A DNA stretch of 64,000 nt from Bugula neritina (GCA_964035545.1 OZ037765.1:32859504-32923503), one strand, 5' to 3'; positions 1-11,971 are shown, counted from the first letter of the stretch. Notes: a model not told the origin generated them from the sequence alone. Numbers and translations are program-made.

Positions 1-399
1 CAGTTTAGCTCATACTCTCCAGCAGAATTGTTAATGGGTAGAAAATTGAGATCCACTGTACCCATCCATCCGGATAAGCTTAAACCTGAACTCCCTGACC
101 ATGACTTATTCAAAAGGAGCAACGATCAGTATAAAGAGAAAATGAAAGAAAATCATGACAAAAATCCTAAAGTGCGCCCTCTTTTGCCAGTAAATAAAGG
201 AGACAATATGATGGTGAGAGATATGCAAAGAGAAGGCTATGCTGCCTCTTCTTCAGATAATATTACTCGTCGAACAAATGTCATGACTGACACTGGACCT
301 TTAATACGTAACAGAGCTGATATAACTAATATCCCAACACGATGTTCTGAGCGAACCAGAAAAGTGCCACGCTACTTAACAGATTTTGATTGTACATAA
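1..399 (+). mobile_element. pol: 3' end of LTR retrotransposon pol (integrase C-terminal tail), Gypsy-like; truncated by window start
   Basis: Reads SPAELLMGRKLRSTVP...RxSERTRKVPRYLTDF, typical of Gypsy-type integrase C-termini; followed by a polypurine tract and a TG-starting LTR-like segment. Confidence 0.7.
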
Positions 400-500
400 T
401 TTATTATCCACGCCTGTAATATAAGTTGCACTTGATTTAATTACTGTTGTCAAACCTTTTCTTTTGTGTGTTTTTTTTTTGGTTGTTGTAGCCTGAAACT

Positions 501-779
501 AAAGAGGGGATGTTGTAATATTTACACAGTTTATGTAAACTTGGAGTTACCTTTTCTTGATGTTTTAACTGATCAATTATTATTCTGTTTTTGAAAATAA
601 TAGTCACTTCCTGTTTGACTAACTATAGTGCTTGATTAAAACAATTTGAAGATGAAAACTAATCCACTAATAATTGCTAGATAAATAGACATCAAGAGAA
701 TAAAACACTCTCAACCCACTATAATTAGTTAGTCTCCTCATTGTTCACAGCGTACCTTGTTAGTATAGCAATGTAAACA
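501..779 (+). mobile_element. PPT (aaagagggga, 501-510) plus putative 3' LTR (511-~779, TGTTG...AACA)
   Basis: Purine tract directly abutting TG; internal AATAAA; right boundary tentative because the partner LTR is outside the window. Confidence 0.55.
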
Positions 780-1667
780 CTAGTAGGCCGAACATATTAG
801 GGACGCTAAGCATTAGGATAATTGTCTTTCGATATACACAGGAGCACAACTCCTTACAATATTACTGACTCTAAGCATTACTATTGGTTACCATTAGCTG
901 TAATGCTCTTGTTACAAGTGGTTCTTGCTTTATAGCAGTTGTAGGTGTTATTACAGTACTCTTTTATTAGAGATTAAATATTATCAAGCTGAGCTATATT
1001 ATTTTCCTGTAAAATTCGTTTGTAATAAAAACTTGTGTACAAGTGCCTCTCATTCTAAAAAGATAATTTCATTGTTTGAAAAGTTTCACTTTTTTATTTT
1101 TTAAAGGCTTACTTTAAAAAATTCAACTTTTTCTCAAAAATCTTTTGAGAATAATTTCTTATTAAATTCTCTATCTAACAAAAATTAGAAAAATAATTTG
1201 AGCTTGAAAATGTTGTATTTACTCAAAGAAACTCCGTTAAAGTTTCATGAATGCATGTTAGTCCACATCTTTCAAATATATATAATTTCAAACTTCTCAT
1301 GGTATTTCTAAAAATTGCAAGAAACTGGACAAGTTGTTTTGGCTGAGTTGTTTTGCCTTTTAGTTTAAGTAAGCCAGGAAAAGAATACATTTTGTAGTTA
1401 AGGTTTAATTGTTCAAAGTATTTGTAAGCTTCAAATAGAAATTGGTATTTCAATAATTTTTTATTTTGCTTTTCGTTCCAATTCTCTATTTCAACAAATA
1501 TGATGCGATGTAGGTCAAATAAATTTAAACGTTAAAAATTACATGCAATAGCTGATACATCCTAAAACATGCAGTTGTGACTTCCTGCCTATATCTGTAT
1601 TGCATAAAATACTTTTATTTGCATTTAATTTTAGTCTCTTCTCACTATGCATATCTTTATATTACAG

Positions 1668-1805
1668 TCTCAGTCAGCTGACTCAGTTAGAGAGACTAGA
1701 CATAGGAGATAATTCTTTCAACACAGTACCAGAAGTTGTGTCATCACTCACGTCACTTAAACAGTTGAATATGAGTAGATGTGATATAGCCAGTCTACCT
1801 GAGAG
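1668..1805 (+). CDS. LRR cassette exon (138 bp, 46 aa, two 23-aa LRRs), gene 1
   Basis: ttacag|T...GAG AG|gtttct; LSQLTQLERLDIGDNSFNTVPEVVSSLTSLKQLNMSRCDIASLPE. Confidence 0.9.
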
Positions 1806-4800
1806 GTTTCTGTTTATTACTACTTTACAACATAGTTATTGCCTTCTTTTAATTTATATTTATACACAGCTTATAATATATAACATAATATGCAGTATAT
1901 AAAAGTTTAGCTCAAAATTTAGACTCAGTCTAAGTTTGTGGAAAAATACAATGGGATGTGAAGGGCGGAGTGTAATACGATATAAAAAGTTATCCTATAT
2001 CACTAGATAAAGGTGGATTATTATTTTGTGTCTACTGCAATATTAAAATACTACAGGATCTCAGCTATGCAAAAATTTATTACTGGGTATTCTGCTAAAG
2101 ATTTCATGGAAAAAGAATATCAGTTATAGAATATTATTAAGGAAAGCAATGACTTACATGAAGTACTGGTACCATCTCACAACTGTATTTTGTTACTCAC
2201 TATTATACATCGAGGGATGGTATTTATATTACTAAAAGAAAGAATTAGGGATGACAATATATCCTGACAATTTAAAATCCATTTACTGTTTCATTGATAA
2301 TTTTTTTACAAACTAGGAATCATTGTTATATAATTCTTTATTCTCTTGCTGTTGTATGCTTTGTATTACAGTTTCTCCCAGTTAACTCAGTTAGAGAAAC
2401 TAGACATAGGAAACAATCCTCTTAACACAGTACCAGATGTTGTGTCATCACTCACATCACTTAAACAGTTGAATATGAATAGTTGTGATATATCCAGTCT
2501 ACCTGAGAGGTTTGTGTTTATTACTATATTTTACAACATTGTTATTGCCTTCTTTTAACTTATATTTATACACAGCTTATAATATATATAACATAAGATG
2601 CAGCATATAAAAGTTTAGCTCAAACTTTAGACTCAGTCTAAGTTTGTGGAAAAATACAATGGGATGTGAAGGGCGGAGTGTAATATGATATAAAAAGTTA
2701 TCCTATATCACTAGATAAAGGTGGATTATTATTTTGTGTCTACTGCAATATTGAAATACTACAGGATCTCAGCTATGTACAATTTTATTACTGGGTATTC
2801 TGCTAAAGATTTCATGAAAAAAGAATATCAGTTATAGAATATTATTAAGGAAAGCAATGACTTACATGAAGTACTGGTACCATCTCACAACTGTATTTTG
2901 TTACTCACTATTATACATCGAGGGATGGTATTTATATTACTAAAAGAAAGAATTAGGGATGACAATATATCCTGACAATTTAAAATCCATTTACTGTTTC
3001 ATTGATAAATTTTTTACAAACTAGGAATCATTGTTGTATAATTCTTTATTTTCTTGCTGTTGTATGCTTTGTATTACAGTCTCTCCCAGTTGACTCAGTT
3101 AGAGGAACTAGACATAGGAGACAATGCTCTCAACACAGTACCAGATGTTGTGTCATCACTCACATCACTTAAACAGCTGAAGATGAATAGTTGTGGTATA
3201 TCCAGTCTACCTGAAAGGTTTGTGTGTCACATGTTTATTACTATTTCACAATATCATTATTAGTGATTTTTATACTATATTTAAATACAGCTTTTAGCAT
3301 AGTTAATAATAATATACAGGATACAGAGTGTAGCTATAATTTCAGCACTCAGCTGGAAATTCCTGTGTTATACAATGATATAGTTATAAGAGTAGAGTGT
3401 AATATAGAAATCCACCCTTAAGCATGGTCATGGATTAGAGCCAATGCCAGGATATTATAGTGATAAAATATTCAGTCATTTATAAAAAAACACAACATAT
3501 TTATTCTTGAAGTATCACGGTGCCGTATATAAAAGTTTATATTTATGCAAGTATTTTGTTAAGCATTTGATAAACATATATATTCCCTAGAGTTAGGGGT
3601 ACATGACTATGACTGTTGGTCACAGGTTAATAATGATGGAATAGTCATAAGAAGAGGTGTGAAATTAATACCTGCAGTAACAAATAGTTATAGCATCAAC
3701 TAGCTTTATTTGTCACCCATTTTAAAAATAAAAATAACAGCCGACTCCCTAATGTATATACTATGCATAGTAATGTATACTATGTATAGTGATGTATACT
3801 ATGTATAGTAATGTATACTGTGTATAGTAATGTATACTATGTATAGTAATGTACAATATGTATAGTTTGTTGTATACTATGTATAGTAATGTATGATATG
3901 TATAGTAGTGTATACTATGTACATATAGTAATGTATACTATGTATAGTGATGTATACTATGTATAGAAATGTATACTATGTATAGTAATGTATACTATGT
4001 ATATAGTAATGTATACTATGTATAGTAATGTATACTATGTATAGTAATGTATAATATGTATAGTAATGGATACTATGTATAGTAATGTATACTATGCATA
4101 GCAATGGATACTATGTATAGTAATGGATACTATGTATAGTAATGTATACTATGTATAGTGATATATACTATGTATAGTAATGTATACTATGTATAGTAAT
4201 GTATACTGTGTATAGTAATGTATACTATGTATAGTGATGTATGCTATGTATAGTAATGCATACTACGTATAGTAATGTATAATATGTATAGTTTATTGTA
4301 TACTATGTATAGTAATGTATGATATGTATAGTAGTGTATACTATGTACATATAGTAATGTATACTATGTATAGTAATGTATACTATGTATAGTAATGTAT
4401 ACTATGTATAGTAATGTATACTATGTATAGTGATGTATACTATGTATAGTAATGTATACTATGTATAGTAATGTATACTATGTATAGTAATGTATACTAT
4501 GTATAGTGGTGTATACTATGTTTAGTAATGTATACTATGTATAGTGGTGTATACTATGTATAGTAATGTATAATATGTATAGTAATGTATACTATGTATA
4601 GTAATGTATAATATGTATAGTAATGTATACTATGTATAGTGATGTATACTATATATAGTAATGTATATTATGTATAGTAATGTATACTATGTATAGTAAT
4701 GTATACTATGTATAATGGTGTATACTATGTATAGTAATGTATACTATGTTTAGTAATGTATACTATGTATAGTAATGTATAATATGTATAGTAATGTATA

Positions 4801-7800
4801 CTATGTATAGTGATGTATACTTATATATATAGTAATGTATATTATGTGTAGTAATGTATACTATGTATAGTGGTGTATACTATGTATTGTAATGTATACT
4901 ATGTATAGTGGTGTATACTATGTATAGTAATGTATACTATGTATAGTAATGGTATACTACGTATAGTAATGTATACTATGTATAGTTATGTATAGTAATG
5001 TATACTATGTATAGTGGTGTATACTATGTATAGTAATGTATAATATGTATAGTAATGTATAGTTTTCATGGTAATGTATAATATGTATAGTAATGTATAA
5101 TATGTATAGTAATGTATAATATGTATAGTAATGTGTACTATGTATAGTAATGTATACTAAGTATAGTAATGTATACTATGTATAGTAATGTATACTATGT
5201 ATAGTGGTGTATACTGTGTATAGTAATGTATACTATGTATAGTGGTGTATACTATGTATAGTAATGTATACTATGTATAGTAATGTATAATATGTATAGT
5301 AATGTATACTATGTATAGTGGTGTATGCTATGTATAGTAATGTATACTATGTATAGTAATGTATGTATGATATGTAAAGTGACAAAATGATCTACTAAGT
5401 CAGTAAACTATTTTATAAACTATGTGTATTTATATAAAGCTTTACCATTGCCTTTTTCTTAAATAGTATAATTGGCTGAATTGCAAGATTAGTTACTGGC
5501 GTATTTGTATTTATATTTATATAGTATTCTGAGCCTCTCAAACCTCCAACATCTGGACATCTCTAATGCAAGGATGACATGTTTACCTGATAACTTCCAC
5601 CAATTATCTAGCTTGTGGCGTCTTAACCTCAGTGGAAATGATACCCTAAAAGCTCTAACACCAGAGATAGCTGACATGCCTCCATTAATGTTAATAACTA
5701 CTCAGGGTTGTGAGTCATTGACTTCACCACCATATGAAGTTTGTCAACAAGGAGCAGGTGCCATCAAGCAATACTACACAGACATTAGAAACAGTGACAG
5801 TGTAGAGGTTTCCATGGTAACTTTTGCTGTCATTGGTCAGACTATGTCAGGGAAGACTAGTCTGATTAGGACACTACAGAGTACAGATAGAACCAGAGTT
5901 CTTACTCACAGAGTAGATGGTGGACTTGATGATGATACAACTCCTGTATTCAAAATGGAAGATGTTTGTGTAGATAATGATGTGCTGAGATTCATTGACT
6001 TTGGAGGTCATGAAATTTATCAGTCAACATATCGGTTTACTTTAAAGCCAAATTGTATCCCAGTTGTTGTTGTGAGTATTGAACAGTATGAAGACCTGCG
6101 GCATGATATTGGTGGTAATGAGGCAGTGAGGCGACTGTATTTTGATTGGTTGTCACATCTTTACCTGACCTATCCTAACCTTGGGCCTCCTAACTTGGTG
6201 TTGACCCATTTAGATAAAATTGATGAAAGCGAGCTCAAAGAGATTGAAGACAGTTTCTTTAGCCACACAAAGCATGTTTTTGAAATCGTCAGTCGCGATG
6301 AAAAGAGCAAGTGGAAGAATGGAGGTGCTTTTGCAAAAATTAAACATTTTGAAGCAAAGAATATGTTCAAAGCTGAAGATATTTATAAAGTTGGAAATTC
6401 TTACTGCGAAGCTTTCATACAGCTAAAACATAGACTGCTGAGAGAGAGTAAGCAGTTTGTAAAAGCAATACCAACAACCTGGGTGGAAGTTGAACAAGCC
6501 TTGAAGAAATTTGAAAAAGGTTACATGTCATTCCAAGATATCTTCAGCCAGTTGTCTAGCAGCATTTCATTAACCGAAAATCAACTTGACATCATCCTGA
6601 CATACATGCACAACTGTGGCATCTTGCTCTGGTACAAGAATGACAAGGATTTGCGTCTTTACATATTCTATCACATCCCCACAGTCACTTCACTCCTGCA
6701 AGTTCTGTTTACTCATGATGACACAGTTTGGCAGCGTCGTCTGTCAGATTTCGCTAATCCTACTTCTGCTGGTCAACAATTCCTCACACTAAATGAATAC
6801 AGTACGTTTGCTGAAAGATTTGCTTCAACAGGAATCATGCATGGTAAAATGTTCAAACATTTGTTAAGAACCGAAACAGACTTTCAAGAGAATGCTGCAA
6901 TGAGAGTTGCGGCTCAAATTTTGCTGTCATTCAGAATAATGTATCGCTCTACACTACAGAATGAAGAGAGCTCTTTCATTGTGCCATACTTCTGCAAGGA
7001 GTTCCTTAGTCACAGCTTACCTACCACAGGGAGTTGTGTCACCTTTCATGCTCAGCTACGTTTTGATGGTCTTCCACTTCCACAGTATGCCTACCACCAG
7101 CTTGCTGTGGACATAGTCAATTCTTTCTCTCAAGAGTCAGACTGCATAACAGCCAGAAATAATGGAGCTCGTGTGGTGAAGAAAGATGTAACCTATCAGC
7201 TGGTACATGACTACAAGTCAGGAATAGTAAACATGTGTGTTTCCTTTGACTCCAGACAAGTATGCAGAGCATGGGAAGTTCTGGTTGACATCACCAACTC
7301 CTCTATTGAATACATTGAGACCAGATGGTGTGCCTGTAAAATAGGATGTAAATTCTTCTGTGCTCACTGTGGGCTAGAACAAGACCACCACCCGTCTAGC
7401 CTCATGAATCCTTCCTGGGTCCAGTACCATGGCAAGAGATGGGCGCCCTTACTTCCTTCTTTCTTGCCTAATCAGCTCAGATGTAAGAACTTTTTTATTG
7501 TTTGCATTACTACTGCTAATTTAAGCAACTATCAACGTTAATTCTTTGAGCTGTGATGCTTCCTATTTACATTTATGTCGATTGTCCGACTTTAGCACAG
7601 CAGCTCAATGATTATGAAGATTTCAATGCAGAGCTTGACTACTTTAAATATAGACGTCTCTTCTCTAGCCACAGACATCACAATGTAAATTGGATTGCTG
7701 AATCAGCTGGTGGGAAGATATTCAGATGCAAGAAAGATTCTTCCACACCTTCATGTCTCCTCAACCCTTGTGAGTACTTTATACACTCATAATATAAAAA

Positions 7801-10364
7801 CGGTTTTGCAGTATCATTGCTTATACAAATTGTGTAGTGTTTCTGAACCTAGTTATTACATTTCTCAAAATTCACTAGTTTATTACCATAACATGTGTTG
7901 CAGGCTCCAGTTTGTCTGAAGAAGAGGGTGCATGTCTTTCAAGTTATCTCAGCAAATATCAAAGGACCAATTCTACAGGTACTGTATGTTCATCTTATTC
8001 TAGTAATTTTTGTTATAGTAACTATAGAAAGAATCTGAGTATGAAATAAACATATGCTCAGTGTGTGAATATTTAAAAACTCTGAATGTTTATGTATGTA
8101 CAACATATACCGTGATGTATTGCTATCAACAGTCTATAAAATGATGTAGCATACGATAATAATAAATTCAGGTGAGACTCATGTTGAATCTGATAATGAA
8201 GAAACTGATGCCGATAGTGATATCTCTGAACACGAAGACTTCAGCTCACCACAAGAAGCCGGTAACATCAAAATGGAAGTTTCTGAGACCAAGAAAAAAA
8301 AGATAAAACATCTGTTCTATTCTAATGAGGTACTTTAATAAATAGTTTATAGTTGTTAGGTATGAACTACATAGTTCAAATATTTTATTTATAAAGTATT
8401 ATTTGTGGTGAAATATCTTTCACTTATAAAAACATGTTGCTCTTTTGAGTATGGTAAATGCACAATAAGTTTTCTCTGCTTTCTACCAACCAGTTGAGCG
8501 CAGCTGAATTTAGTAAATTTAATTATAGAGTTCAGTTGCATTTATATTTTCATTGGTGCTGTAGAGTATTGCAGTGAAGGCTGTCTGCAAAATTCCATAA
8601 AATTATTCAATCTTATCAAACAAATAAGAGAATGATCACCAGTTGTTAAAAAAATTTTATAGGTGTATAAAATGAGTGAGACTGTGCGAGGAAGAGCTCT
8701 GATTATCAACAACAATGTTTTCCGTGATAGACCCGAGCTCTATAGAGAAGGATCTGCAGTGGATGTGTCTAATATTCGAGCAGTTTTGGCACATTTGAAC
8801 TTTGAAGTAGATGTGAGACGTGACAGAACTGCTGAGGTGCCCAAACATATAATGCCATATTTTGTTATACTTGTAAACATTAGACATTTCATATTATTCC
8901 TATATACTATATTTAATCTCATGATTTATTCACAGGAAATGCTGAAGGATATCAAAGATGAGACTCAAAACCCTGACAATGAAGACTATGGTATGCATGT
9001 CACTGTACTCATGTCTCATGGTGGAACATTTGGTGCTCATGGAGTTTTGTATGGAACTGATGTGAAACCAGTGAAGCTTCTCAATGTCTTTGATTTGTTG
9101 TCTTCCGACAACTTCAAGCACATGGCTGGGAAACCTAAAGTTGTGATCGTGGTAGCTTGTAGGAGTGGTGAGTTGTACATATATCTCAACGCTATACTCA
9201 TATATCATGTAAATTTTTATAACGCTTGAAAAGTTTACAGCTCTCCAAATGACATGTTTTATTGTCTTTCTATATGAATAAACTATTATTTTGCTTATTT
9301 TCATTTAAAATTTCTTGTATCTTATTTCTGTACTATAGAACACTAAACCTTGTATTTATCCCAGCAGACAGATACAATAGATAGAGTAGTGCTTCTTTTA
9401 CATTCATAAAATATATTTATTGGAATGTGTAGCTGCCACAGATGCCCTGATAGAGAGAGTAGAGGCTGAGTCTGGAGAGAGTTCCACCAGACAGGAAACT
9501 CAACAGGAAACTCAACGGAAAACTCAACAGGAAACTCAACAGGAAACTCAACAGGAAACTCAACAGGAAACTCAACAAGAAACTCAACAAGAAACTCACC
9601 AAACTACAAGCAGACGGAATGACTTGAATGTTGATGATCTGTTGATACTGCAGTCGTGCTTTGATGGTAAATCTTTGTGCTACTTGTAACTGATGATACT
9701 GTGTAGTATATGTATCTATATGTTGGTAGCTGTAGAAATTCTCTGATTAGCTGTTGAGGTTTAGACTATTATATAATTTTTCTTAAAATAGGAATACTGC
9801 AATATTACTTTCTACAAAACTCTTAATTTATAAATGCCTCATAATTTATGTTTTCTGTTGTTGCTGACCATTAAGGTTTATCATGTAGTTTAAGCCTAAA
9901 ATGTAGAGCGTGTGCAGTTATGTATCTGAAGTATATTAGTGTCAGGTCAACTCTTTCAAACAGAGAAGAAACTATTTTTTCAGGTCGAAACTCTATAAGA
10001 GATGCAAACTATGGAAGTCCATTTATCAGAGAGCTGGTTAAAACTCTGTACAAACATTCTTCTCATAGAGATCTTGTCACTCTGTTTGATATCGTAAGTG
10101 TGCAATATTAGTCTTTGGTACAGATACTGAGAAGTTTCCAGATGTCTCCTGGTATAAGAGATTCAGAGATGTACAGGTGTTCTATTAATCTGATAAACTG
10201 GTACCTTGTTACAGGTGCAAAAAAGAGTTAAGAGAGTCACTAAAAAGATCTCTGAGACACGTCCGGAATTTTCTGAGCAGGTGCCGATAACAACAAAGAC
10301 TCTCACAGACATGAGGAAGATTTTCTTATTTCCTAAACACAAGATCTCTTCTCCTGCCGAATAG
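1668..10364 (+). CDS. Gene 1: LRR-ROC-COR-caspase fusion protein (Roco GTPase + caspase), 5'-partial. Exons 1668-1805, 2372-2509, 3080-3217, 5525-7482, 7596-7769, 7904-7978, 8172-8329, 8663-8836, 8936-9167, 9433-9666, 9984-10093, 10215-10364
   Basis: All introns GT-AG with compatible phases (2,2,2,1,1,1,0,0,1,1,0); joined frame is open for 1225 aa to TAG at 10362-10364. LRRs, ROC G1/G3/G4 motifs, COR and caspase p20/p10 motifs occur in order. Confidence 0.85.
2372..2509 (+). CDS. LRR cassette exon (138 bp), gene 1
   Basis: ttacag|T...AG|gtttgt; FSQLTQLEKLDIGNNPLNTVPDVVSSLTSLKQLNMNSCDISSLPE. Confidence 0.9.
3080..3217 (+). CDS. LRR cassette exon (138 bp), gene 1
   Basis: ttacag|T...AG|gtttgt; LSQLTQLEELDIGDNALNTVPDVVSSLTSLKQLKMNSCGISSLPE. 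Confidence 0.9.
3751..5366. repeat. 19-bp minisatellite (consensus gtaatgtatactatgtata), ~85 copies, intronic
   Basis: Direct tandem periodicity with scattered substitutions. Confidence 0.95.
5525..7482 (+). CDS. Large exon of gene 1: final LRRs, ROC GTPase and COR domain
   Basis: LSNLQHLDISN / LSSLWRLNLSGN / LTSPPYEVC (LRR cap); G1 GQTMSGKTS (5835-5861), G3 IDFGGHEIY, G4 VLTHLDK; COR motifs IPTTW and LTYMHNCGILLWY; C-terminal FCAHC...HP resembling the MFHAS1 tail. Confidence 0.9.
8663..10364 (+). CDS. Caspase (peptidase C14) domain exons of gene 1
   Basis: VYKM..RGRALIINN, REGSAVD, MSHG (His codon 9017-9019), GKPKVVIVVACRS (Cys codon 9158-9160); p10 DLLILQS..G..SIR...GSPFIRELVKTL..DLVTLFDIV..EQVP...LTDMRKIFLFP. 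Confidence 0.9.
9490..9600 (+). repeat. Coding 12-bp minisatellite (caacaggaaact; QQET x ~9) in the caspase intersubunit linker
   Basis: Tandem 12-mers in frame within exon 9433-9666. Confidence 0.9.
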
Positions 10365-10591
10365 CTGGGATTCATGTTGCTGGGTTTAGCTTTCCCTTTG
10401 TGGCACTGGCCTACCATTATATAATCTTGCATGTTATAACTCAACTCTCTAATTTATAGCTTGTACGTTCAGTTAGCAATGAGCAGAGTACTGGTTATAT
10501 ATCACACTTATTATCTACTACTTTATCAAAACTAGTCTACGCTATTTTTATGTGATGGCTAATCTTTCTTAGAAGATTATTGATGTGTTTT

Positions 10592-10597
10592 AATAAA
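10592..10597 (+). promoter_or_regulatory. Candidate polyadenylation signal AATAAA of gene 1
   Basis: AATAAA ~230 bp after the stop, followed by a T/GT-rich tract. Confidence 0.45.
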
Positions 10598-11673
10598 TTT
10601 AACTTTTACAGTTTGTTTATTTTCAACTAACGTTTTTATATATGCATGTTTTTTTTGTGATTTCATGCTATTTAGAGTTAACTATAGTAATACACAATAC
10701 TTTATATCATTTGATTGACTAAAGTTTTGTTTTACACCTGCACTTTTATTATAATAAATTATATTTAAAAAGTCATAGATGCTTGCTCTTCCCATTAGTT
10801 TTTTTAACAAGAGTAGAAAGTATTTATTGAAAATAGATTTGTCTATCTTTTCTGTCAATTTATCCAGCCAGGGATCTTTAAATCACAGTGTTATTAAGCA
10901 AGTTCTGCCAGCGAAAAATAGCTCAAACATAGCAGAGTAGTTGTGGTAATTAGTATTATATATCCTGCACAAGTTTGTTGGGAGAAGTGAAAAATGAGTA
11001 TTATAGCTGTTATGCAACTCTAAATAACTTCTTATCTTTTGTAAATTTATTAAAACCTATTATTATAATCCTCGTCATTTATGACAATGATTAGAATAAT
11101 CCCATGTGTGTATATGCTTGTGTACCAGGCACATATTTTTGGACCAAGTAGGGTTTTTTGGAATGTTGATTGCTACATCCCTCGAACAAGAGGCATATGG
11201 ATGGGCAATGCTTTATTCACTGCACTCTGATATTATATATGCATCACCCTGACCCACTTTAGTCATATGCATACACTACACTCTTACATTGACGCTTGCT
11301 GATTGATGTTTAATACACATTGTTATTTATAATTACCATCAGAAGTATAGTAGTGTGGTTGTTTGAGAATTTTTAGACTTCAGAATTGAAAAACAGCTAT
11401 TCTATTTTCAATGAATATACAATAGCATAACTTCCGGTTTAAGAAATGAAAGGAAACTGCTTGAAGCAGCACAGATTTGGAGGTGACTTAATGAGCAGGA
11501 GGTCAAGAAGGAGGTCTCAAGTTAGGGGTTGGGAGTTTAGCTTTCTTTAGTGTTATACCAAAGCATAAGGGGGCTCAGGCTAAAGTAGACTCTTGTCTGT
11601 GTATTCCAAGTCATGTGACCTAGGGGGCGACTAAAGAAACTGAAGTTAGTGGATCTAATGATAGGAGGGCTTA

Positions 11674-11971
11674 GCCTAGGGCCACACTGTGTCCTCTGTT
11701 ATAGCGTCAGTGATGCAGGATAAATAAAGCTTTCATTTTTAAATCGCACTCGCTTTAAAAACGCAAATTACTGAAATATACAGTAGCACTAAAATAAAAG
11801 AATTGGGCTCGCTAAGTAACTACTGGCCAATTAGGTGACGAGACGATTCGCACTTGCGTTCAGAATGCTGAGCGACAAGTGCGAATGATTTCGCAACGCA
11901 TACAGTGGACACTTTTGCTACTTGTGGTTTTAATGTTCGCATGCGGTAATACGCACAGTGTGGCCCTAGGC
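11674..11971. mobile_element. PIF/Harbinger-type MITE
   Basis: Perfect 18-bp TIRs gcctagggccacactgtg / cacagtgtggccctaggc flanked by a TTA target-site duplication (11671-11673, 11972-11974). Confidence 0.85.

Larger units (their letters stand above)
1806..3217 (+). repeat. Tandem duplication of an intron+LRR exon unit (~704-708 bp)
   Basis: Introns 1806-2371 and 2510-3079 are nearly identical along their whole length. Confidence 0.95.

Noticed and set aside
1668-3217. Regularly spaced repeats resembling a CRISPR-like array
   Set aside because: Repeats are 138-bp coding exons and the spacers are homologous introns; eukaryotic context, no cas genes
5825-6220. NACHT/NB-ARC (NLR) assignment for the P-loop
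   Set aside because: DFGG (G3) and THLD (G4) plus N-terminal LRRs and a following COR identify a ROC GTPase, not a STAND ATPase
8663-9229. Stand-alone 188-aa caspase with a transmembrane-like segment, as given in the ORF track
   Set aside because: The hydrophobic stretch is a 99-nt GT-AG intron, and 8663 is a phase-0 splice acceptor linked to upstream exons
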